Shown here: positions 45,035 to 54,729 of the stretch, in pieces
How positions within the stretch are numbered: the stretch's first letter is position 1
Layout: each line of letters opens with the position of its first letter
Assembly (NCBI GenBank): GCA_965237595.1
Contig: CBDEFY010000004.1
Location: forward strand, 415,414 to 479,413
Length of the DNA stretch: 64,000 nt
Source of the DNA: Dehalococcoidia bacterium
GTDB lineage: Bacteria > Chloroflexota > Dehalococcoidia > Lucifugimonadales > UBA3495
Direction: 5' to 3'
Program-made: the position numbers and the translations under genes
The notes under the pieces: generated by a model
What the model was told of the DNA's origin: nothing
What the model saw: the letters and a program-made list of their open reading frames with translations, nothing else
The model's database searches: none

Positions 45035-46669
45035 CTATTGAAGGAGAAACCCTTCATAGCCGTTGGCTACCACTTCCGCACGCTTGGCCCGCATGGCCGG
45101 GGCGGTATCCGGAGCCGTTAGCAAGACCCGTGCCTTACCGGGGATATTCGCCCCCACGAACCAGGAGTTGGCCTGTGTCCGCAGAATCTTAGCGCCGGCC
45201 TCGTTGACGTGATTGACCCATGCATCTTCCGCCTCGAGCGTGGCCGAGATACGCGTAAACTGATTTGCGCGCACATGGCACATGGCTTCGCCAACCCAAT
45301 CCACCAGCGGCTCGGCGGCCCGGACAAAATTGCCGACCGAGGCTGCATTGATGGTGAAGAGATTCGGGAAGCCGGCACTCGTGATGCCCATATAGGTCCG
45401 CGGGCCTCCGGCAAATTTGTCCTTCAGCGTTTGCCCGCCTTCGCCTCGGATATCCAATCTGTTCAACGACCCGGTCACGGCGTCAAATCCCGTGGCAAAG
45501 ATTATTACGTCCAGTTCGTACTCGGCATCACTTGTTTTGACTCCTTTGGGGGTGATGCGCTCGATTGGGGCCTCGCGCACGTCAACCAGCAAGACATTGT
45601 CTTGGTTGTAGACCTCGTAATACCCACTCTCACATGGGAGGCGCTTGGAGCCGAACATATGGTCCTTGGGCACCAGCATTTCCGCCACCACTGGGTCATT
45701 CACGCGCTCGCGAATCTTATTACGGAAGAATTCGGCGTAGTCCTCGTTGGCTTTCCCGGGCATCATGACGTCATAGAAATTGGACAACCATTTCTTGAAC
45801 CCGGGCTCCGCCCACAGCCTCTCATACTGCTCCAGCCGCTCTTCCGGTGAGACCTCCATGGCCGACCGTTGGTCGAATTCGTGTACAAACGAGCCTGGGG
45901 TTTCCATGCATTTCTTGAAGATCTCCGGGTAGCTTGTTTTGATCTCGCGCTGCCAATCGGGGTCGATCGGGCCATTCCGGAGCGGCGCACAGAAATTCGC
46001 AGTGCGCTGGAAGACTGTCAGGTGAGAGACTTCCTTGGCAATTTCCGTGATGAGCTGGACGCCGGTGGCGCCTGTGCCGATGACTCCCACCCGCTTTCCG
46101 GCTAGGTCCATGCCTTCCTGCGGCCATCTACTGGTGTGGCACCAGGGGCCCTTAAAGCTGTCTATTCCCTCAAAGTCCGGTGTGTAGCCCGCAGACAGGA
46201 TGCCAACCGACGTAATCAAATATTGCCCCCGCGCCCGGTGGCCATCCACCAATTGGACCCCCCAGCAGCTCTTGTCCTCGTCAAAGACGGCCGATGCCAC
46301 GCGCGAGTTTAACCGGATGTCCCGGTGCAGATCGAACTTGTCCGCCACGTAATTGAGGTAGCGCTCGTTCTCCGGCTGACCGGAATAATGCTCTTTCCAG
46401 TCCCATTCCTGCAGGAGTTCCTCTGAGAACGAATATCCATAGGTGTAACTCTCGGAGTCGAAACGACATCCCGGATAGCGGTTCCAATACCAGGTGCCGC
46501 CCACGCCGCCACCTTCCTCGAAGGCCCGGACCGAGAAACCGAGCTCGCGCAAACGGTACAACGAATACAAACCTGTGACCCCGGCTCCGATGATGATTGC
46601 ATCGAACTGCTCGACATCCTCGACCAAGTCTTTGCCGGCATCCGGCGTTTGCTGTAGAGGATTTGCCAT
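45035..46669 (-). CDS. type I Baeyer-Villiger monooxygenase (FAD/NADPH-dependent)
   Basis: Two Rossmann motifs (IIIGAGVTGLY and VGVIGTGATGVQ) and the BVMO fingerprint FKGPWCHTSRWP. Confidence 0.85.
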   Translation of the reverse strand: MANPLQQTPDAGKDLVEDVEQFDAIIIGAGVTGLYSLYRLRELGFSVRAFEEGGGVGGTWYWNRYPGCRFDSESYTYGYSFSEELLQEWDWKEHYSGQPENERYLNYVADKFDLHRDIRLNSRVASAVFDEDKSCWGVQLVDGHRARGQYLITSVGILSAGYTPDFEGIDSFKGPWCHTSRWPQEGMDLAGKRVGVIGTGATGVQLITEIAKEVSHLTVFQRTANFCAPLRNGPIDPDWQREIKTSYPEIFKKCMETPGSFVHEFDQRSAMEVSPEERLEQYERLWAEPGFKKWLSNFYDVMMPGKANEDYAEFFRNKIRERVNDPVVAEMLVPKDHMFGSKRLPCESGYYEVYNQDNVLLVDVREAPIERITPKGVKTSDAEYELDVIIFATGFDAVTGSLNRLDIRGEGGQTLKDKFAGGPRTYMGITSAGFPNLFTINAASVGNFVRAAEPLVDWVGEAMCHVRANQFTRISATLEAEDAWVNHVNEAGAKILRTQANSWFVGANIPGKARVLLTAPDTAPAMRAKRAEVVANGYEGFLLQ

Positions 46670-46932
46670 ATAGCTCTCCTTAAGGTCTCCGAAACGTACC
46701 CTATTCTATCGGCTAGTTAGATAGTCCGCAACGACAATCATTATGAAGTACCACCTATTACAATCAAATGACCAAGATGATGCTGGTGCTTTGAGGAAGT
46801 CATTCAAAGCCGCCGCACGATTCCGGGCAATGGGCTAACATCTGCGACGGAGCGGACAACCACAGGGGCGCTCCGATTCCATCGGGACGCCCTCTTTCCC
46901 GTCAGTACTCTGGTTCCAGATAGCAGGTCTGA

Positions 46933-47250
46933 TTACTTGGCCCAGGCGGCATCGGGCGGATAGAGCGGGCTCAGTTCCACGCGCTGAGGGTCACCGTCAA
47001 ACCAGTCTGAGACGGTCTCCCGCCATTTGGTGTAGTGAGGGGCTGCCCGGTGGGCTACCTCCCAGGACGCACGGTCCTTGTAGACCTCGTAGAGGTACAC
47101 CGTGTTGGGGTCGTTGTTGTCCGCCAGAACATCGAACCGCAGGCAGTCCGGCTCGTCGTTATTGGACCCGATGGCGTCACCCATGGTCGCCTCGATGAAT
47201 TAGCCGCGGTGCCCAGGCTTGATCCTGACGGTTACGAAAAGCGCGAACAT
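46933..47250 (-). pseudogene. antibiotic-biosynthesis-monooxygenase (ABM) domain protein with an in-frame TAA at codon 17
   Basis: GGAGG RBS, then MFALFVTVRIKPGHRG(TAA 47200-47202)FIEATMGDAIGSNNDEPDCLRFDVLAD...YLYEVYKD...H. A continuous ABM fold pattern runs across the stop. Confidence 0.7.
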
Positions 47251-47430
47251 TTCTCCTCCTGTAATCTTCCTGGCGGGGAATTCTCCGGATGGGCGCGGTG
47301 GTGCGTCGGGCCGACGCCAGCGACATTATAGCTGTGAGGATTTGACGAGACAAGAAGTACCGATCGCGCCGGACGACACTGCTCGACGCCCGTTGTAGAA
47401 TGGCTTATCAATAATTAGGGAGCCTGTTTC

Positions 47431-47646
47431 ATGGCTGATATCCCGGTGGTCTACACATTGACCGTTTGCCCCGCCTGCGATGCCCTACGCGCCGCGTGGA
47501 AGCGGCAGGGTATCGAGTACAAGGAGATCCGGGTGGACCAGAATCAAGACGACTTGGACGCGGCCCTGGATTACGCTGACACCGTGCCCATCGTTATCTA
47601 TCCCGACGGCCGGGTGGAGGTGGGTTTCGAGGGAATGACCGGTTGA
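47431..47646 (+). CDS. glutaredoxin-like small redox protein
   Basis: 71 aa, CPAC active-site motif in VVYTLTVCPACDALR, and a TVP cis-Pro region (DTVPIVIYPDG). Confidence 0.75.
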   Translation: MADIPVVYTLTVCPACDALRAAWKRQGIEYKEIRVDQNQDDLDAALDYADTVPIVIYPDGRVEVGFEGMTG

Positions 47647-47727
47647 GAGATTGGCTGACGGGCCGGCGGCCCGTCTCAGATTCCCGGCGCAGTCAGGCCA
47701 GAATTAATAAACGGATGCGGAGGAGCC

Positions 47728-48312
47728 ATGGCTAGAGAGACCAGCGTTGTAACTCCAGAGCGGTTTTCACAGGGATTGGACTATTCCAGCTACATCGACC
47801 AAATCAAGGTCAACAAGGCTCGGTTCCAAGGGTTCTATGACGGCTTCAATGTGAGCCCGGAAGACGCGGCATTCTTCAAGGAGTTGACCCAGCGCCCCAA
47901 CGGTCCGGCCAGGATGATGGTCATTGGAGAGTACTGGTGCGGCGACGTGATCCGAGGGCTGCCGGTGTTAGCCAAGATCGCCGATGCCGCCGGTATTCCG
48001 ATCAGCATCTTCCCCAGGGACTCACACACCGACATCATGAACGAGTTCCTGAAAGAGGGAAAGTACATGTCCATCCCGGTGGCGGTTTTCTACACCGCCG
48101 ACCACGAATACATCTGCCACTGGATCGAGCGGCCTGAAATCGCGGAGAAAGAGCAGCACGAGATCGAAAAAGCCATCCGGGACGAGAACCCGGGCATCGA
48201 CGACCAGGCTTTCGGCCGGGAGCGCCGGGCCCGCACCGCCGCCAAGGCCGACGATTGGATCGCCGCCACGGTGGTGGAGATAAAGGCACTGCTTGCCAAG
48301 AGCCTAGCCTAG
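47728..48312 (+). CDS. thioredoxin-fold family protein (single-Cys WCGD motif)
   Basis: MVIGEYWCGDVIRGLPVLAKI and SIPVAVFY resemble thioredoxin-fold proteins. There is no second active-site Cys. Confidence 0.55.
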   Translation: MARETSVVTPERFSQGLDYSSYIDQIKVNKARFQGFYDGFNVSPEDAAFFKELTQRPNGPARMMVIGEYWCGDVIRGLPVLAKIADAAGIPISIFPRDSHTDIMNEFLKEGKYMSIPVAVFYTADHEYICHWIERPEIAEKEQHEIEKAIRDENPGIDDQAFGRERRARTAAKADDWIAATVVEIKALLAKSLA

Positions 48313-48393
48313 GTAAGCAGTCCTTACATGGAAGGCCATCTCATTCGGCAATTTTAGGGATGGTCTTCATCACGTTCGAAACGGTTCTGCATC

Positions 48394-48448
48394 GTAGGAG
48401 CGTCCCGATGGATCGGGACGCCTTAGCCCTCGTAAAACGCGCTCCTAC
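48394..48448. repeat. REP-like element, family C (GTAG...CTAC bracketed, nested hairpin)
   Basis: GTAGGAGCG ... CGCTCCTAC are the outer arms. The inner perfect palindrome is CGTCCCGAT-GG-ATCGGGACG. Confidence 0.75.
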
Positions 48449-48507
48449 CGGTTAAGACATTCAAGGGGCAACATACCCTTCCCAACTTCCTCATAGTTTC
48501 GGCAATC

Positions 48508-48549
48508 GTAGCGGCAAGATAACAAGGCAGGTTAAAAACCTGCCCCTAC
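48508..48549. repeat. REP-like element, family B copy 4
   Basis: GTAGCGGCAAGATAACAAGGCAGGTTAAAAACCTGCCCCTAC, with an 8-bp stem GGCAGGTT/AACCTGCC. Confidence 0.7.
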
Positions 48550-48555
48550 GAAGAA

Positions 48556-48765
48556 TCAGGCTGCTGCCTCGGACCGGACCAGGCCCGGCAGCTTGGGCTT
48601 GCGGGCAATCAGGAAAAGGACCGCGCCCAGGAAGTTGAGCCCCGCCAGCAGCAGAAAGGCCAGGTTGTAGCCGCCCAGCTCGTCCCGCCTGAACCCGGCC
48701 CCGAGTATCGCCTCTATACCATTTGGCCATTGACCGCTAGAATGGGGGCGCTCAAACGCAGACAC
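48556..48765 (-). pseudogene. possible C-terminal stub of an MFS transporter
   Basis: ..GGYNLAFLLLAGLNFLGAVLFLIARKPKLPG looks like the last helix of an MFS protein. There is no room for the other helices. Confidence 0.3.
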
Positions 48766-48802
48766 CGGAAGATTCGCGATCTACTTATGGGCTGGAGGAG
48801 CA

Positions 48803-49888
48803 ATGCAATACGGACTATTTTTGATGCCCTCCCATCCGCCGGAGCGGGACCCTTTTCAAGCCCACCAATGGGACCTGGACTGTTTGGCCCTAGCCGACGA
48901 CCTGGGATTCTCCGAGGCCTGGATCGGCGAACACTACACAGCGCCCTGGGAGCCGGTCCCATCGCCGGACCTGATGATTGCCCAGGCCCTGATGCGGACG
49001 AAGAACATCCGCCTTGGGACGGGTGTGCACCTGCTGCCCTACCACCATCCAGCCGAGCTGGCGTGCCGGGTGGCATACCTGGACCACATGGCCCAAGGTC
49101 GCTTGATGTTCGGCATCGGCTCCGGAGGCCTGCCCACCGACTACGCCATGTTCGACGTGGACGGCGTGAACGGGCAGCACCGGGAGATGACCCGGGAATC
49201 CATCGACATAATCCTGAAGCTCTGGGCGGAAGATGAGCCCTTCGAATACAAGGGCGAGTTCTGGAACGCCAATCTGCCGGAGCCCCAGTTAGGCACCCTG
49301 CGGCACCACATCAAGCCCTTCCAGAAGCCCCATCCGCCCATCGGAGTCGCCTCGGTTAGCGTGGGCTCCGAGACCCTCAAGATTGCCGGCGAGCGCGGGT
49401 TCATCCCCATGAGCCTAGCCTTTAACGGGGACTATGTTATCAGCCACTGGGACGCGGTCTTGGAGGGCGCCAAGCGCAGCGGCAAGACTCCCAGCAGAAG
49501 GGACTGGCGCATCACCAGGGATGTCTGGGTGGCGGACTCGGACGACGAGGCCTACGACCAGGCCGTAAACGGGATGCTTGGCCGCGTCTGGGGCGAGTAT
49601 CTGCTGCCCCTCTTCGACCAGTTTTCGTTAATCCACGTCATCAAGCATGACTCCAGCATCCCTGATTCAGCCGTCACGCCGGAATACATGGCCGAACACG
49701 TCTGGCTCATCGGCTCGCCCGACACCGTGGAGAAGAAAATCCTCAGCCTCTACGAGATGTGCGGCGGCTTCGGCACCCTGCTGTCACTGATCTACGACAA
49801 CATGGACAACCAGAAGGGCTGGGAGAAGTCCATGAAGCTGCTGTCCAAGGAAGTCATGCCCCGTTTCGCGGGCATGAACCCAGACTAG
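48803..49888 (+). CDS. luciferase-like (LLM class) flavin-dependent monooxygenase
   Basis: MQYGLFLMPSH...LGFSEAWIGEHYTAPWE...GRLMFGIGSGG are typical LLM motifs. Confidence 0.85.
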   Translation: MQYGLFLMPSHPPERDPFQAHQWDLDCLALADDLGFSEAWIGEHYTAPWEPVPSPDLMIAQALMRTKNIRLGTGVHLLPYHHPAELACRVAYLDHMAQGRLMFGIGSGGLPTDYAMFDVDGVNGQHREMTRESIDIILKLWAEDEPFEYKGEFWNANLPEPQLGTLRHHIKPFQKPHPPIGVASVSVGSETLKIAGERGFIPMSLAFNGDYVISHWDAVLEGAKRSGKTPSRRDWRITRDVWVADSDDEAYDQAVNGMLGRVWGEYLLPLFDQFSLIHVIKHDSSIPDSAVTPEYMAEHVWLIGSPDTVEKKILSLYEMCGGFGTLLSLIYDNMDNQKGWEKSMKLLSKEVMPRFAGMNPD

Positions 49889-50073
49889 GCGGTATCCTAG
49901 GTCACGTGCGTATGGACGTACCGATGCATCGGGACTCGCTTCCCATCAGAGGCCACGTCCCTAATTAAACGCCACATTCGCCGCCTGTCGGTGCGCTCAC
50001 AACGACATAGGATAGCCTGGTTCGACGGGTCAGATTTATCGAGACTCTCGACCTAGGTCTGAGCTTCCAATGA

Positions 50074-50187
50074 ACAGCAGTTCATTTCCTAGGCGCAATC
50101 CGGATTCGCGGACATACAAACATCCTCACCAAGACCAGCTTGGCTAACCGGACCGAAGCAGCGGCCTACGCCATCCGGCGCGAGTTC
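50074..50187 (+). pseudogene. possible LuxR/NarL-type HTH C-terminal stub
   Basis: ..IRIRGHTNILTKTSLANRTEAAAYAIRREF resembles the third helix of LuxR-type HTH domains (H..NI..KL...NRTEAA.YA). It is preceded by an in-frame TGA and has no receiver domain. Confidence 0.3.
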
Positions 50188-50351
50188 ACAACCTCTTTCG
50201 CCGGAAAGACGAAGGCGGCGCTGCCAATGCTCAATGGCAGACCGCCGCCCACTTCCTGTAAATGCCCTACGATGTCATCCCGTTTTGCAAGCACGGCCCC
50301 CACAACTCGGGGATGACTCATGTATCACATCCCCTGACTGTTGCCGGAGGC

Positions 50352-51455
50352 TCAGGCGCGCTTCCGTCTCAGCGGGGCGCTGACCTCGTGGAGGAAGCCC
50401 AGTATCTCTTTATTTGACTGCCATACCCCGGTCTCGTGGTAGGGTAGCCCCCGCTCCTGGCAGAACGAGCGCACAATCACTTGGGCCTTCTTGAGGTTGT
50501 TGCGGGGCATGTTGGGAAACAAGTGGTGCTCAATCTGGTAATTCAGCCCGCCGTACCAGAAGTCGACGAGGGGACTGCCCTTCACGTCCCGGGCAGTCAA
50601 GGTCTGCTGGTGCAGATAGTCCATCTCGGTCTCATTGTCCAAGATGGGCATGCCCTTATGGTTGGGGGCGAAGACCGAACCCATATAGACCCCGCCCAAT
50701 GCCCTGTGCAGGAGAATGAACAGCGCGCCGTGCCAAGGGCCCAAGAAAGCGAAGATGAGGCCAAGGTAGGCGGCCAGCCCGGCTACCACCAAGATTGGCT
50801 CGGCAATGGGGTATCGCACCCGCTCCTTGCGTATCTGGTAGGCGATGCCGCCGAAGAGCAAGCTGAGGGCGGTCAACACCAATAGGGGGTAGAACAGGAA
50901 GGCCTGGTATTTGACCGTGAAACGGCCGATGCCCTTCATGGCCAGGGCCTGTTCTTCGGTGAAGGCGAAAAGAGAGACCTCTATATCGCCGTCGATTTCC
51001 AGTTGGTTTGGGGCCCGGTGGTGGGTGTTGTGCTTGTCCTGCCACCAACTGGGCGTCATCCCCGTTAGGAACCCCACGCACAGCAGCACCCAGTCGTTGC
51101 GTGTGGCCGACTCGAATATCTGCCGGTGACCCGAGTCGTGGCCCATGAAACCCAGGTTGGTGAACACCAAGGCCAGGAAAACCGCATTCAGCATCTGGAC
51201 CCACAGCGTGCCGCTGAAGATAACCAGAAGCGCGACGCTGGCGACGACCATTGCCAAGACGCTGGGAATCTTCCAGGCGTAGTAGAAATATTGCCGGTCC
51301 AACAACCCCTGCCCGGCGACCATGCGTTTCAGTTCGAGGTATTCCCTGTCGCGCTCCCGGTTGGTTACGGGTTCCGCCGATTCCACCTCAATGCTGGGAT
51401 TGGGCGTGACGCCGACTGGAGTTCCGATCAAGTTTTCTGTACTGATTGTGTCCAT
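50352..51455 (-). CDS. membrane fatty-acid desaturase
   Basis: Three His boxes: HDSGHRQ, HNTHHRAPN and QIEHHLFP. Two pairs of TM helices. Confidence 0.85.
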   Translation of the reverse strand: MDTISTENLIGTPVGVTPNPSIEVESAEPVTNRERDREYLELKRMVAGQGLLDRQYFYYAWKIPSVLAMVVASVALLVIFSGTLWVQMLNAVFLALVFTNLGFMGHDSGHRQIFESATRNDWVLLCVGFLTGMTPSWWQDKHNTHHRAPNQLEIDGDIEVSLFAFTEEQALAMKGIGRFTVKYQAFLFYPLLVLTALSLLFGGIAYQIRKERVRYPIAEPILVVAGLAAYLGLIFAFLGPWHGALFILLHRALGGVYMGSVFAPNHKGMPILDNETEMDYLHQQTLTARDVKGSPLVDFWYGGLNYQIEHHLFPNMPRNNLKKAQVIVRSFCQERGLPYHETGVWQSNKEILGFLHEVSAPLRRKRA

Positions 51456-51615
51456 CTCCCATGGTGCTAGACATGCTGCGGCGGGGACTCCATCACGCTG
51501 AAAACTCCCCGCCGGATATTATCCCGAAGTATAGCCGCTGGGCACCGCAACCACCAACCGCCGCCGAAGCACGTTGCGGGGAATCCCTGGCAACACGAAC
51601 TTTCCTGGCTCTGGG

Positions 51616-52416
51616 CTAGGCGGTGACCGCCTTGGCCGACTCCTCTCGGATGTTTTGGGCCGACGCCTTCAGGGCATTCAACACGATGGTCGGCGGCGCG
51701 GGGGCCACCGAGGTGTAACTGACACCCATGTTGAGCAGGTCTTGAGGTGTGAACCGGCAGGAAGCGTGATTAACCGGGATATAGACCTTGGCCTTGCCCA
51801 CGGCCTTGACCTTGGCGGCCAGCTCCTCAAAGGTCTGCTTCAGGCGAGGATCCGCCGGGTCGTTCATCCCGAGCACCATGCTGATGTCGGTGGGCCCAAG
51901 GGCGATTAGGTCGACGCCTTCCACTGCGGCGATGTCGGCAATCTCATTTAGGCCGCGTTCGTCCTCGGTCATGACTATGAGGAGGATTTCCTCATTGGAA
52001 ACGCGCATGTGCTCGGTCCAGGGTATGGAGCCGTATCCGGCGACCCGGGAACTGCCGGCCCCGCCCCGGTCTCCAAGGGGCGGATAACGGATGGCCTCCA
52101 CCGCCCGCTTTGCGCCCTCGGCGCCGGCAATGTGGGGCACCTGGATGCCCTGGGCGCCCATGTCGAGCAGGCGCAGAATGGTCTTGGGGTTGTCGTCTGG
52201 TACACGGACGACGGGCGTGATGTCGCACAGGTCGGCGACCCGGATCATCTCGCCCACGGTTTGTAGGTCGAAGACCGAATGCTCCATATCGATGAAAGCA
52301 CCGTCGAAACCGGCCAGGGCGATAATCTCAATCACCGCCGGGTCGGCGAAACCCACGTGGCTCACGATGGCCAGGCCGCCTTCTCGCATCACCTTCTTTA
52401 TTCTATTCGGTTTCAT
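51616..52416 (-). CDS. HpcH/HpaI-family aldolase
   Basis: GFDGAFIDMEHS and VRVP motifs of class II pyruvate aldolases. GGGAGAA RBS before ATG 52416; the track ORF begins at 52473. Confidence 0.8.
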   Translation of the reverse strand: MKPNRIKKVMREGGLAIVSHVGFADPAVIEIIALAGFDGAFIDMEHSVFDLQTVGEMIRVADLCDITPVVRVPDDNPKTILRLLDMGAQGIQVPHIAGAEGAKRAVEAIRYPPLGDRGGAGSSRVAGYGSIPWTEHMRVSNEEILLIVMTEDERGLNEIADIAAVEGVDLIALGPTDISMVLGMNDPADPRLKQTFEELAAKVKAVGKAKVYIPVNHASCRFTPQDLLNMGVSYTSVAPAPPTIVLNALKASAQNIREESAKAVTA

Positions 52417-52568
52417 CAATTTCTCCCTGTATTCTTGGCCGCATATTCTTGGCCCCAGAGTGGCCAAGAACATCGCGCCGCGACCTTCGATCTCTCAAGC
52501 TGGATGGAGTGTAGACACGGCCAGTACTGGTGTCAATCTACGGCGGCTGCCCGAGGAAGATGCCGGAG

Positions 52569-53348
52569 CTAGCCGCGGGCCGGGTCTTGGACCAACTCCA
52601 CGGCGTCCCCCACCGATACCGTGCCGGTGGATTCGACCGCGCCATAGACGCCGAAGTATGGAGCGCGGACGCTGGGACGGTAACTGAGGAGCAGCCTGGG
52701 GACGTCAAAGTCGCGTTCGCCGGTCTCGGGGTCCAGGGTGGTTATGGCGCAACGAGGGTCGGGCGCTACCAGCCTCAGCCGCAGTTCGGGACCTATCTGC
52801 ACCAGGCCGCCCATCCAGAGGTCCTCTTCATGGGGAGAGCAGCCGGCGATGAGGAAGTTTGGCCGGAACCTTTTTCCTTCGAACTTCCGTCCGCCGGTGA
52901 CCTGCTCACCCAGGAAATCTATGGATGCCTGGGAGAGCAGGGATATGGGGTACTCATCGTAGCTTTCGCCGGGGTTGTCGGTCTTCACCAAACGTACCGG
53001 CGAACCGCAGAATCGGGACAGCGCCTCGTTCCACGGCCCGGAGACTTCCCGGCCCGGCACCTGGCGGCCCCACATGATGGTGCTTACAGGGTCGCCCAAT
53101 TCCGTAGGGCCTTCCACGAGGTCGCGGTTGGGGAACTGGAGGGTCAGGACTTCAGACTCGGCGGAGTACTGCGCTTTAACCAAGACCAAGCGGCCGTCCT
53201 GTCGTTGGGTCAGCAGCCGCCCTTCCGCGTCAATCAGGTGGAACCGGCGGTCTTCGACGATACCGGAGTACCCGACCGTCACTGACGCGGGCTGTTCCAG
53301 GGAAAGGGACTTTACCGGCGAGGTAAAGATTGCCGCAACAGAACGCAA
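52569..53348 (-). CDS. MOSC domain-containing protein
   Basis: An N-terminal beta-barrel is followed by RFRPNFLI and RCAITTLDPETG (conserved Cys), the MOSC pattern. Confidence 0.8.
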   Translation of the reverse strand: MRSVAAIFTSPVKSLSLEQPASVTVGYSGIVEDRRFHLIDAEGRLLTQRQDGRLVLVKAQYSAESEVLTLQFPNRDLVEGPTELGDPVSTIMWGRQVPGREVSGPWNEALSRFCGSPVRLVKTDNPGESYDEYPISLLSQASIDFLGEQVTGGRKFEGKRFRPNFLIAGCSPHEEDLWMGGLVQIGPELRLRLVAPDPRCAITTLDPETGERDFDVPRLLLSYRPSVRAPYFGVYGAVESTGTVSVGDAVELVQDPARG

Positions 53349-53388
53349 CGGACACCCCTTAATCTGTGACCGGTTTTGCTGTTCTTTC

Positions 53389-54639
53389 CTAGCCGTCGCC
53401 GGGCCGCGTGCCCAAGACGACAGGCAGCTCCTCCGATGCTCCGTCTTCGTGCAACACGTTCAACGCAACCTCATCGCCGGGTCTGGTGTTGTTGGTCAGG
53501 TAAACGATTAGGTCGGTCATGTCCCTGACCATAGACCCATTGATGGCCGTGATGGTGTCGCCGCCCAAGGCATATTGTATCCCGTTCACAACCTCGGTGC
53601 GGTCGCTGCCGGTGAGCCCGCCATCCTCTGCTGGGCTGTCTGCGTTCACGCTGATTACCAAGGCGCCCAGGGTCCCCTTGGGCAGTTCCATCAACTGGGC
53701 AACCTCAGACCCCACGGAGGCCCCGGATATGCCGAGCCAGGAATACTCGTACTTGCCGTTCTCGATCAAGGCGGGCACCACCATCTTGGCGATGTTGATG
53801 GGCACGGCCAAGCCCACACCGGAGTTGCCACCGGTGCGGCTGATTATCTGAGTGTTGATGCCCACCACCCGGCCGTGGCGGTCCAGCAGTGGGCCGCCGG
53901 AGTTGCCGGGGTTGATGGGAGCGTCGGTCTGAATCACCTCGGGAACGGTGAACTGGCTGGCCCCGCTGCGGATGGTGCGGCCCACGGCGCTGACAATGCC
54001 GCTGGTCATGGTGAATGACTGGCCGAAGGGCGCGCCGATGGCCACAGCGAGCTGTCCCACCATCACATCGCCGCTGTCGCCGCGGTCCATGGGGACCAGG
54101 TTATCCATGGGCTCCTCCAGTTCCAGGACCGCCAAGTCGGAATCCGTGTCTCCTCCCAACACCTTGGCCAGCACCTGGGTGCGGTCGGCGAATATCACAG
54201 TCACCGTCTCGGCCCCGGCAACCACGTGCTGGTTGGTGACAATCCGGCCCTGGTCATCCCACACGAAACCGGAGCCCTCGCCGCGCTCGAAGAAATCTTC
54301 GGGAACCCCGGGGATGTTGGGGAATCGGCCGGCGCCGTCGTTCCCCTCCAGTCCCTGGATAACCTGGATGTGCACCACCGACGGCAGGGCCTTCTGGTAG
54401 ATCCGGATCATGACCGATTCTTGGGCCGCGACCAACTCGTCAGCGGCGCTATCACTGCCGGCGAACACCGGACCGCTGGTCTGGCTTGTTTCAACGGATG
54501 AAGGGGATGCCGTATCGGGTTCAGGGGTCTGGGCGACGCTTCCTGCGCAAGCTGCGAGGACGAAGAGCAATAGTCCCAGTGCTCCGGTTATCAACCAGGT
54601 TTTGAGATTCTTCTGGCGAAGCGATTTCAATTGTTCCAC
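53389..54639 (-). CDS. HtrA/DegP-family serine protease with PDZ domain
   Basis: Signal anchor, trypsin-like triad context (TNQHVV, DLAVLEL, GNSGGPLLD) and a C-terminal PDZ. Confidence 0.85.
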   Translation of the reverse strand: MEQLKSLRQKNLKTWLITGALGLLLFVLAACAGSVAQTPEPDTASPSSVETSQTSGPVFAGSDSAADELVAAQESVMIRIYQKALPSVVHIQVIQGLEGNDGAGRFPNIPGVPEDFFERGEGSGFVWDDQGRIVTNQHVVAGAETVTVIFADRTQVLAKVLGGDTDSDLAVLELEEPMDNLVPMDRGDSGDVMVGQLAVAIGAPFGQSFTMTSGIVSAVGRTIRSGASQFTVPEVIQTDAPINPGNSGGPLLDRHGRVVGINTQIISRTGGNSGVGLAVPINIAKMVVPALIENGKYEYSWLGISGASVGSEVAQLMELPKGTLGALVISVNADSPAEDGGLTGSDRTEVVNGIQYALGGDTITAINGSMVRDMTDLIVYLTNNTRPGDEVALNVLHEDGASEELPVVLGTRPGDG

Positions 54640-54729
54640 TCCCGACTAGGCCCGTTGTGTAGTGAATTGCCAGGTTTCAATATACGTAAAATACGTCTTT
54701 GAATCACGCCATGGATTTCAATGGCCGCC

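Noticed and set aside
46864-46900. Terminator hairpin GGGGCGCTCCGAT-tcc-ATCGGGACGCCC followed by TTTCCC
   Set aside because: Its orientation fits a plus-strand terminator, but no plus-strand gene ends upstream. It is better explained as another member of the CCGAT..ATCGG palindrome family.
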